The notes beneath the pieces are model-generated. The model saw nothing but the letters and a program-made list of their open reading frames with translations, ran no database searches and had not been told where the DNA came from. A DNA stretch of 64,000 nt from Squalus acanthias (Eukaryota): the NCBI GenBank assembly GCA_030390025.1, contig CM059432.1, positions 13,454,001-13,518,000 of the forward strand. The letters run 5' to 3'. This document shows positions 12,201 through 24,200 of the stretch, one piece after another. Within the stretch, counting starts at the first letter, position 1; each line of letters starts with the position of its first letter. A program made the position numbers and the translations under genes.

Positions 12201-15200
12201 TAAGAAAAACACTTTAATTTATGTTGCCTTAATGATGGCCCGAACACTTTACAATTGCTGGATTACTTTTGAAGTTTGCACATTCTCCCCGTGTCTGCGT
12301 GGGTTTCCTCCGGGTGCTCCGGTTTCCTCCCACAGTCCAAAAATGTGCGGGTTCGGTTAATTTGGCTATGATAAATTGACCCTTAGTGTTAGGGGGGGAT
12401 TAAATATGTGGGGTTATGGGGATAGGATGGGATATGTTAGGGGGAATTAAATACGTGGGGTTACGGGGATAGCGTGGGATAGGTGCAGGCTCGATGTGGG
12501 GATTCGGTGTGAGAAAGCAGGGACAGGGTACTGGATTTGGATGATCAGCCATGATCGTATTGAATGGTGGAGCAGGCTCGATGGGCCGAATGGCCTACTC
12601 CTGCTCCTAGTTTCTATGTTTCTATGAAATACAGTCAAAATATGTAGACAAACGCGGCAGACGGTTTTGTGCACAGCAAGGTCCTACAGACAGTGAATAG
12701 TCTGTTTTTGGTGGTATTGGGTGAGGAAGAACCATGTCCTCTACTTTGAACAGTACCATGGGATTTCTTGTGTACATCTGAGCAGACAACTGCTGCTTCA
12801 GTTTACCAATGTCTCGTCCAAAAGACAGCATCTCCTGAATACTGCACTCGACGACAACTTGCGTGTCTGTAGCACCTTTTTAAATGTAGGAGGCGCTTCC
12901 CACAGGCCTAATCAAAAAATGGACGATTACCTAAAGAACTTGGTCAAAGGGGGAAGTTTTAAAGAGGGTCTTAAAGGGGGAGAGGGAGGTGGAAAGGCAG
13001 AGGGATTTAAGGCGGAAATTCCAGAGCATCAGACCTAGGCGGCTGAAGGCACGGCTGCCAATCGTGCGACGAAAGGAGGAATGCACAGGAGTTAGAGGAG
13101 CGTAGAAATGGGGGAGGGTAGTTGCAGGGCTGTAGAAAGTTGCTGGGGGGTTGTGGCGAGGCCATGAATGGATTTAAAGAGTCAGTCATAACGGCACAGA
13201 AGGAGGCCATTTGGCCCATCGAGTCCGTGCCGGCTCTCTGTAGAGCAATCCAGTCAGTCCCATTCCCCTGCTCTATCCCCGTAGCCCTGCAAGTTTATTT
13301 CCCTCAAGTGCCTATCCAGTCTCCCCTTGAAAACATTGAGTGTCTCCGCTTCCACCACTTCTGTCGGCAGCGAGTTCCAGGTCCTCGCCACTCGCTGCAT
13401 AAAATTTTTTTTCCTCACGTCCCCTCTGTTTCACTTGCCCAAAACCTTAAATCTGTGTCCCCTAGTCCTTGTATCATCAACTAGTGGGAACAGCCATTCC
13501 CTGTCTAACCTATCCAAACCCGTCATAATCTTGTACACCTCTGTCAAATCACCCCTCAACCTCCTTTGCTCTAATGAAAACAAATCCAGCTTCTCCAACC
13601 TGTCCTTGTAGTTAAGATTCCCCATCCCCGGAACCATTCTGGTAAATCTCCTCTGCACCCTCTCAAGTGCCTTCACATCCTTCCTAAAGTGTGCTGACCA
13701 GAACTGGACGCAATACTCCAGTTGTGGCCTAACTAGCGCTTTATAAAGGTTCAGCATAACTTCTCTACTTTTGTACTCCACCTCTATTTGTAAAGCCCAA
13801 GATCCCATATGCTTTGCTAACCACTCTCAGTATGTTCCGCCACCTTCAGGGACCTATGCACATTAACTCCCAGGTCCCTCTGTCCCTGCGCACTCTTTAA
13901 AACTGTGCCATTAAGTGTATATTGCCTCTCCCTGTTCCTTCTGCCAAAATGCATCACCTCACACTTCTCTATTAAATTCCATCTGCCACTTGTCTGCCCA
14001 TTCTGCTAGCCTTTCTATGTCCTGTTGCAGTCGATTGGTATCATCCTCACTGTTTGCCACACCCCCCCCCCAAGTTTGGTGTCATCGGCAAATTTAGAAA
14101 TTCTACTCTGTATTCCAATATCCAGGTCATTTATTTATATATCTCCAAAAAAAAGCAGTGGCCCCAGCACTGACCCTTGGGGAACACCACTGTCTACCAT
14201 CCTCCAGTCTGAAAAACAGCCATTTATCACAACTTGCTGTTTTCTGTCCTTAAGCCAATTCCTTATCCAAGTTGCCACTGACCCACCTATTCCATGAGCC
14301 TCAGGATGAGAATTTTACATTTGAGGCATTTGGGGAGCCGGGAGCCAGTGATGACGTGGGTAATGGACGAGTGCAGGAAAGGAAACTGGCACAAGAGTTG
14401 TGGATGAGCTAAAGTTAGAAGGTGGAAGATGAAAAGCTGGCCAGAAGAGCATTGGATTAGTTGAGTCTGGAGGTGCCCAAGTCATGGATGAGGTTTTCTG
14501 CAGCAGATTGGCTGTTGGAAGAAGTAGGTGCTGTTTATGAAGGCTGGACCTGAAACTGAAGATGGGTGATGAGTGAATTTGGCCTTTCACCACATGACTT
14601 TCCAAGGCTTTCACCCCCAAAAAAAACCAAAACAAGAAAAGCCTGCCTCACTCAATGATCACAACCCTTTGTTTATGGATAGCTGTAGTGACCAACACAG
14701 AATTGTGTAGTGTTAGCTAGGTGCAATAATGTACCCATCTATTTCAAACTAAAGCAGTGTGGCCCTCAATCCATTGCACAGAGTATCATGATTAAATAAG
14801 CCAGTGTGCAGTGCCACTGAATAGTAGACTGGGTTTATGTCCAGATTTCCTTGCTCAGAGTTCATTATCTAAGCAGTGCTGTCTTGGCTGCAGGAGCAAA
14901 AAAACTCATGGGTAAAATGTCCCAGATTGCTTTAAGAAATTTTGCCACTTAATCAAAACTAGCGTATTGCTTGAAAAACCTAAACTGAAGGAAGACTGGC
15001 AATACTAAAAATGCATGTCAACTACAGATATTTAATAACTTCATTACTCATTCTACAAGAAACTAAGTGGTGAGCACATCTTTACTGACTTTCAAATGGC
15101 GGATTTAAATTCCAGGACTGGAAGGAGTACTTTTGCCTCAAATTTTGACTTGTAGGCTAGAAATTCAATTTAATCTCTCAGCAGCCAGCATTATTAGTGA

Positions 15201-18200
15201 GTTGATTTGTAAATCCAAAAGTTTTTTTTCCCCCTACAATGACTTTTTGATTATTTAATGCTTTCAAACTGGCCTTAAACTTAAGAGCTTAAAATTCTAG
15301 GGTGTGCTGCATTGATTTTTTTTTTTTTTTTTTTGAAGGATTTAAGCATTGAATTAACACTTCTATATTTGACTTACTTAGGTTTTGGCTATTGTTGATG
15401 AAATAAAATAGCTGTTATGTTTCATCTTAGTGCAAAATGTGCAGCAGAACCAGAAAAAGTGGCAGATGGAGTTGTGGAACTTGTTGAAATGGAACAACAA
15501 ACTACAGGCTTTAGCTGTCGTACTATGGAATCAGTAAATGTAGCTGCTGAACTCTCTCCAAAAGATGAACTAAACCATGACAATGAATGTAGAAGTGATG
15601 CCAGTTATGCCCAAGCAACATCATTACAGTCGCACTCTGATTCTTATGTATGTACTAAATCTGGATCATCTGAAGCAAACACAGTTTTCAGTGAAAGTCA
15701 GTTGCCAAATTCAGACCGCACAAATACACCACCGTCTTCACAAGAATCTGGGTCCAGTTCAGAAAAGGCTGCCATTCCGGAGGACATGTACAACTCATTC
15801 CATTACTGGAGGACTCCTATTCCTACAATAGATATTGATTTGGAACTGGAGCAGCCACAATATCCAGATAAGCAAGGAAGCAAAGATCTGACGCAGGCAG
15901 AAGCGCCATCAGGCTGTCCAAGCATTAGCACAGCTACCAGAAGAGAACTGGAAGAGATGCTGGAAAACTTAGAACCGCACATAGATGACCCGGATGTAAA
16001 AGGTACAGTGACTTTGTTAAACATCAGTCCTTTCAAACCTCTAGTGATACAATAACTTGAACATTTCTGCTCCAGTCGTTTACCAACTTGTGTGGTAAAC
16101 ATAAAATCGTAGGTGAAGTTAGTTTGTTGAACTTGTTGTTTTCTTCAAAATAAAATTATTAGCCAGCTCGCCCCAGTTTGAAATTGAGGTTTGCAATTTA
16201 ATATGATGGGGAGAAATGTTACAAGTTGTTAGCATGCAACCAAAACAGTTTAACAAAAACAAAACCCCTCTCCCCACCTGCAGAACAACCCCATCACTTA
16301 AATATCTGATGCTACCTTTGTCGGCCAAGCCTTTTTATTTGCCAGCCATACAGTTACCAAGGTGGCCTTCCAGTGCTTTTTGCACCATGACCTAATAGAA
16401 GCCACTTCTATAAAGAAAGGGCAAACCTTTGTAGTGAAAAGTTGCAGTTTAGCTGTGATCAGTTACAAGTATATTAAGGCTTGTTTTTTTATTTTACTCA
16501 ACACCTCTCCTCCACCCAAAACTATTTGAAAATTATTTCATTTGGGTAGAATATAAAAATTGTGACATTTAATGGGAGTCAAGCAATTGACTTTTTTAAA
16601 AACTAACTGACTCGCAACAAATTTTAAATGAAATATGGTAAATTTATGCATCTCATTCTGTGAAATCTTGACAGTCATGAGGGTCTGACCTGCAATATTT
16701 GCCACTATAGAAATGTGTTATGATTAACAGTTAGAAATGATGAATAGAGGAGGACAATGAGGGTCATGCATGTAGATTTTTAAAATGTATTTCATAAGGT
16801 GCTGCATAAGAGATTGAGGGGTGTGGAGATGCAGCTAGGCTTGTGCCGTAGATATACTCACAAACTAAACTAGAAGGCAAGAATATGCATTTATATCATG
16901 TTTTATTGCATTCTCAGGATGTCTTGAGTGCTTCACAACCAATAGAAGTTCAGTCACTATTATGTAGGCAAACATAGCAACCACTTGTGCACAGCATGGG
17001 CACACAAGTGGCAAATCAGAGAATCATAGAAATTTACGGCATAGAAGGACGCCATTCAGCCCGTTGTGTCTGTGCCGGTCAAAAGAGCTATCCAGTCTAA
17101 TCCCGCTTTCCAGCTCTTGGTCCCTAGCCCTGTAGGTTGCGGCACTTCAAGTACTCTTTAAATGCGATGAGGGTTTCTGCCTCCACCACCCTTTCAGGCA
17201 GTGCGTTCCAGACCCCCACCACCCTCTGGGTGAAAGAGGTTCTCCTCGACTCCTCTCTAATCCTTCTACCAATTACTTTAAATCTATGCCCCCTGGTTGT
17301 TGACCCCTCTGCTAAGGGAAATAGGTCCTTCCTATCCACTCAGTCTGGGGCCCCTCATAATTTTATGCACCTCCAATTAAGTCTCCCCTCTGCCTTCTCT
17401 GTTCCAAAGAAAACAACCCAGCCTATCCACTCTTTCCTCATAGCTAAAATTCTCCAGTCCTGGCAACATCCTCGTAAATCTCCTCTGTACCCTCTCTAGT
17501 GCAATCACATCTTTCCTGTAATGTGGTGACCAGAACTGTATGCAGGACTCTAGCTGTGGCCTAACTAGTTTTTTATACCGTTCAAGCATAACCTCCCTGC
17601 TCTTGTATTCTATGCCTCAGCTAATAAAAGAAAGTATGCCGCCTTAACCACCTTATCTACCTGTCCTGCTACCTTCAGGGATCTGTGGGCATGCACTCCA
17701 AGGTCCCTCTGTTCCTCTACATTTCTCAGTACCCTACCATTTATACTGTATTCCCTTGCCTTGTTAGCCTTCCCCAAATGCATTACCTCACACTTCACCG
17801 GATTGAATTCTATTTGCCACTTTTCTGCCCATCTGACCAGCCCATTGATATCGTCCTGCAGTCTAAAGCTTTCTTCCTCGCTATCAACCACACGGCCAAT
17901 TTTTTGTATCGTCTGCAAACTTCCTAATCATGCCCCCTACATTGAAGTCTAAATCTGATGTATTCCACGAGAAGCAAGGGACCTAGTACTGAGCCCTAGG
18001 GAACGCCACTGGAAACTGCCTTCCAGTCACAAACATTTGTTGACTATTACCCTTTGCTTCCTGCCACTGAGCTAATTTTGGATCCAACTTGCCACTTTCC
18101 CTTTGATCCCATGGGCTCTTACTTTTCTGACCAGTCTGCCATGTTGGAACTTGTCAAAAGCCTTGCTAAAATCCATGTTGACTACATCAAACGTGTTGCC

Positions 18201-21200
18201 CTCATCGACCCTCCTTGTTAGCTCCTCAAACAATTCATGAAATGAGTGACCGATTATTTTATCATTTTGTCGATGTTGACTGAGGAAGGAATGTTTTTTT
18301 ATTCAATCATGGGATGTGGGCATCGCTGGTAAGGCCAGCATTTTTGCCCATCCCCGAGTGCCCTTGAGAAGGTCGTGCTGAGCTGCCATTTCAGAGGGCA
18401 GTTAAGAGCCAACCACATTGCTGTGGGTCTGGAGTCACATTTAGGCCAGACCGGGTAAGGACGGCAGATTTCCTTCCCTAAGGACATTAGTGAACCAGCT
18501 GGGTTTTTACGACAATCTGGTAGTTTCATGGTCATCATTACTGATACTAGCTTTTTATTCCAGATTTATTAGTTAACTAAATTTAAATTCCCCAGCTGAT
18601 TTGAACTCCAAGTCTCCGGATCATTAGTTCAGGCTTCTGGATTACTAGTCCAGTAACATAACAGCAATGCTACTGTACCCCCTAGGACTCCAGGAGAATC
18701 ATAGAATGATATAGCACAGAAGGAGGCTATTCGAATCATTGTGCCTGTGCTGGCTCCCCCTCCTCTTTTGAATAGTCTTCACCTGACGAAGGGGCAGCAG
18801 CTCCGAAAGCTTGTGATTTCAAATAAAACTGTTGGACTATAACCTGGCGTTGTGCGACTTCTCACTTTTGAATAGTGGCATGGATCTTTTATAGGAACAT
18901 AAGAACAGGAGTAGGCCATTTGCCCCTCGAGCCTGCTCTGCCATTCAGTGAGATCATGATTGATCTGCGACCTAACTCCATATAACTGCCTTTGGCCCAT
19001 ATCCCTTAATACCTTTGTTGAACAAAAATCTATCAATCTCAATTTAAAATTAACAATTGATCTAGCATCAATTGCCATTTGCGGAAGAGAGTTCTAAACT
19101 TCTACCACCCTTTGTGTGTAGAAGTGTTTCCTAATTTCACTCCTGAAAGGTCTGGCTCTAATTTTTAGACTATGCCCCCTAGTCCGAGAATCCCCAACCA
19201 GTGGGAATAGTTTTTCCCAATCTACCCTATCTGTTCCCCTTTTAATATCTTGAAAATGTCAATCAGATCACCCCTTAGTCTTCTAAATTCTAGGAACTAC
19301 ATCCTAATTTGTGTAATCTCTCCTCATACCTTGGAGTCCGGGTATCATTCTAGTAAACCTACGCTGCACTCCCTCCAAGGCCAATATAATCTTCCTAAGG
19401 TGTGGTGCCCAGAACTGCTCTCCGTACTCCAGGTGTGGTCTAACATTGTATAACTGCAGCATAACTTCTACCCCTTTTATATTCTACTCCTCTAGATATA
19501 AAGGCCAGCATTCCATTAGCCTTTTTGATTATTTTCTGTACCTGTTCATGACATTTTACTGATCTATGTACTTGGACCGCCACTGTTTTTAGCTTTTCAC
19601 CATTTAGAAAGTAACCTGTTCTATCCCTTTTAGGTCCAAAGAGGATGACCTCACATTTGCTACATTGAAATCCATTTGCCACAGTTTTGCCCATTCACTT
19701 AATCTATCAATATCCCTTTGTAATTTTATGCTTTCATCTACAATGCCGCCTATCTTTGTGTTGTTGGCAAATTTGGATATGTGGCTTTCTATCCCATTCC
19801 CATCATCTAAGTCGTTAACAAATACAGTGAATAGTTGAGGCCCAGCACAGATCCTTGCGGGACACCACTAGTCACCTCCTGCCAATTTGAGTACCTGCCC
19901 ATTATCCCTACTCTGTTTCCTGCCACTCAACCAATTTCCGAACCAGGTCAATAATTTGCCTTCAATTCCATGAGCTTCAACTTTAGCTAACAGTCTCTTA
20001 TGAGGGACTTTATCAAATGCCTTCTGGAAGTCCATATAAATAACATCCATAGACATTTCCCCCATCCATCACTTTAGTCACCTCTTCAAAAACTGCAATC
20101 AGGTTCGTCAGGTGTGACAAACCTGCCCATCTGATCAAGTAAATGGCACCACTTTAACATCTTGTCCTGCACAGAAACCTGCAAGCAGTGCAGCAGTCCC
20201 TCACTGAAAGTGTAATGAATTTTGAAAGCAGAAAATTCAAAAGCAGATGGAGAGTTGAAGCAAACGAGTGGAACGATGATGGCCCATGCAGATCAACATG
20301 TGTATGATAGTATACTTTGAACATAAGAATTGCAGTTGGTAGTTTAATCTAAATGACAATCCCTGAGGGGGTGGATGAACAAAATTATTATGGTTCCAGG
20401 TAGATAAGTCATGAAAATCAAACTCCTCGGAACAGGATTAGGCCATTCCGTCCCGCAATCCTGTTCCACCATTCAATGAAATCATGGCTGATCTGTGACC
20501 TAACTCCATATACCCACCTTTGCCCCATATCACTTAATACCTCATAAGTGCAGAAAGTGGTGAAAAAGGCTAATGGGATGTTGTACTCTTATTATATTTT
20601 AGAATATATCAGCAAGAAGGAGTGTTGCAGTTATGCAAAGTGATAGTGAGACAGCATTTAGAATATTCAGTTTTGATACCTTGGAAGATAGGACTGAGTT
20701 ATGATAAATTGGGTAAACTTGAGTTGTATTCGCTTGAGTTGAGAGGGTTAAGGGGTGATTTGATTACTGTTTAATGAAGGGATTTGCTTGGGTAGAGTGC
20801 GAACAGCGCTTCCCTTTTTAGTAGGGGAATTCAGAACAAGGGGACAAAATCTTGGAATTTGAGCTAATGACAAATCCAGGGGAAACTTGTTTACGGGTGG
20901 AAATATATGGAATGCAGTGCCTCAAAGCCACGGATGCAAAGCCCACTGAAGTGTTTAAGAGCGAGATGGATACTCAACTGAACAAAAATTTAAACATGCG
21001 CTAAATAGTGTATGCAATGTTCAAATTTATGTATTTTTATTGGCACTAGGAAAAATTGCATCTTCAAATTGTGTAATTTGTTCTTTAAAAGGTGTGCCTT
21101 GAACTATGTGTTAAAGATTAAATTGTAAGCATGCACGTGCTGTACATGAACTTTGAAGTTTGTCCTATGCTTTCAAAGTGCAGTGTCCCATAAATACGTA

Positions 21201-24200
21201 CCCCTAGCCAAGCTGTTCCTGTACAATTGCAACACTGGCATGTACTGGAAAATGTGGAAAATTGCCCCGATATGTCCTGTCAGCAAAAAATAGGTCAAAT
21301 CCAACCAGGTCAATTACCACCTACTCTCAATCAGCAGTGAAATGGAAGGTGTCATCAACAGTGCTATCAGCAGCACTTATTCACCAATAATTGCTTCACC
21401 AATGCTCTATTTGGGTTCTGCTAGAACCTCTTGGCTAAAGACCTCCTTACAGCCTTATTCCAAACATGGACAAAAGAGCTGAATTTCAGAGGTGACTGCA
21501 TTTGATAACAAGGCAGCATTCAACTGAGTGTGGCACCAAGGAGCTGTAGTATAGCTGAAATAATGGGGATCAGGGGCAAAACTCTCCAGTGCCTGGAGTC
21601 GTACCGAACACAAAGGAAGATGGTTATGACTATTGGAGGTCAGTCATCTCAGCCCCAAAACATTGCTGCAGGAATTCCTCAGCGCAGTTTCCTCGTGTTC
21701 CATTATCTTCAACTGCTTCATGAATTACCTTCCTCCAACATAAGGTTAGAAGCGGAGTGTTTGCGCAGTGTTCAGCTTCATTCATAATTCCTCAGATAAT
21801 GAAGCAGTCTATGCCCGCATGCAGCAAGACCTGGACAACCTGCAGACTTGGGCTGATCTATAGCGAGTAACATTCATGGCACGAGTGCCAGGCAATGACC
21901 ATCTCCAACAAGAGATAGCCGAACCACCTCCCCCTGACATTCAATGGCATTACCATTGCCGAGTCCCCCAGCATCAACATCCTGGGCATCACCATTGACC
22001 AGAATCTCAACTGGACCAGCCACATAAATATCGTGGCTACTAGACAAGGTCAAAGCCTAGGTATTCTAGGCAAGGGGCTCACCCTGCCTCACCAAAGCCT
22101 CACGTCATCAACAAGGCACAAGTTAGGAGTATAATGGAATGCTCTCCACTTGCTTGGATGGGTGCAGCTCCAACAACACTCAAGAAGCTGGACAGCATCC
22201 AGGGCATAGCAGTTTGCTTGATCTGCACCTCATCCACTAATCTAAATGTCCACCATCATTGTACCATGGCTGCAGTGTGTACTATTTACAGGATGCACTG
22301 CAGCAACTCGCCAAGGCTTCTTCAGCACCTCCCAAAACCATGACATGGTTAGCAGGTGTATGGGAACATCATATTTTCCAGTTCACACACCATCCTGATG
22401 TGGACATGTGTATCGCGATTCCTTCAACATCACTGTGACAAAATCCTGGAGTTCCTAACAGCTTTTTAAAATTTGTTTATGGGGTGTGGGCATTGCTGGC
22501 AAGGCTCGAAGGTGGTGGTGAGCCGCCGCCTTGAACCGCTGCAGTCCGTGTAGTGAAGGTACTTCCACAGTGCTGTTAGGTAGGGAGTTCCAGGATTTTG
22601 GCCCAGCAACGACGTCGGTGGCGGGTCCAGCCCGCTGTCCAAAATGATTTTCCCCTGATTGGGCTTGTTGAGCCCCGCCCAGCGCGCTTGCCGGCCAATT
22701 GAATGAAGTGGGTCTGATGATGTCATTTGATTATGGCTTTATTAGGCCAAAGCGAACTGAGCACGCTCATACTAAACCATGTGACAAACCATGTGATAAT
22801 ACATTACACTGCAGTCCCCCTTAAAAGAAATGTACGTGTTCCCCTCTCAAATACAACAAAACTATGGTTCCCATCTTCCCCAGCATTACATGTACCATAG
22901 AACAAAAACTCCTGGCTTTTTTTCTTTTAAATGAACTACAAATCCAGTTTAATAACAGGTTTGGCAGAGCCTTTTTTTTAAATTCGTTTTTTTATGGGAT
23001 GTGGGTGTCGCTGGCAAGGCCAGTATTTATTGCCCATCCCTAATTGCCCTTGAGAAGGTGGTGGTGAGCTGCCTTCTTGAACCGCTGCAGTTCGTGTGGT
23101 GAAGGTGCTCCCACAGTGCTGTTAGGGAGGGAGTTCCAGGGTTTTGACCCAGTGACTATGAAGGATCAGCAATATACTTCCAAGTCAGGATGGTGAGTGA
23201 CTTGGAGGGGAACTTGGAGGTGGTGGTGCGCTTGCTGCCCTTGTCCTTCTAGGTGGAAGAGGTCATGAGTTTGGGAGGTGCTGCCGAAGAAGCCTTGGCG
23301 TGTTGCTGCAGTGCATCTTGTAGATGGTACACAATGTAGCCACGGTACACCGGTGGTGGAGGGAGTGAATGTTTAAGGTGGTGGATGGGGTGCCAATCAA
23401 GCGGACTGCTTTGTCCTGGATGGTGTCGAGCTTCTTGAGTGTTGTTGGAGCTGCACTCATTCAGGCAAGTGGAGAGTATTCCATCACACTCCTTACTTGT
23501 GCCTTGTAGATGGTGGAAAGGCTTTGGGGAGTCGGGAGGTGAGACACTCGCCGCAGAATACCCAGCCTCTGACCTCTTGGTGCCACAGTATTTATGTGGC
23601 TGGTCCAGTTAAGTTTCTGTTCAATGGTGACCCCCAGGATGTTGATGGTGGGGGATTCGGCGATGGTAATGCCGTTGAATGTCAAGGGGCGGTGGTTAGA
23701 CTCACGCTTGTTGGAAATAGTCATTGCCTGGCACGAATGTTACCTGCCATTTATCAGCCCAAGCCTGAACGTTGTCCAGGCCTTGTTGCATGCGGGCATG
23801 GACTGCTTCATTATCTGAGGAGTTGTGAATGGCGCTGAACACTGTGCAGTCATCAGCGGACATCCCCATTTCTGACCTTCTGTTGGAGGGAAGGTCATTG
23901 ATGAAGCAGCTGAAGATGGTTGGGCTGAGGACACTGCCCTGAGGAACTCCTGCAGCGATGTCCTGGTGCTGTGATTGACATTCAACCACCACAACCATCT
24001 TCCTTTATGCTAGGTATGACTCCAGCCAGTGGAGAGTTTTCTCCCCGATTCCCATTGACTTCAGTTTTACGATTGTCGAAGCTCCTTTACCACATGAACT
24101 GCAGCAGTTCAAGAAGGCAGCCGACTAGCAACTTCTTGGGTGAACTAGGGATGGGCAACAAATGCCAGCCTTGCTAGTGATGCCCACATCCTGAGAATGA

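Noticed and set aside
15417..16055. 212-aa ORF as a standalone gene
   Set aside because: It is an internal PPP4R1 exon; the ATG lies in the intron before the 15430 acceptor.
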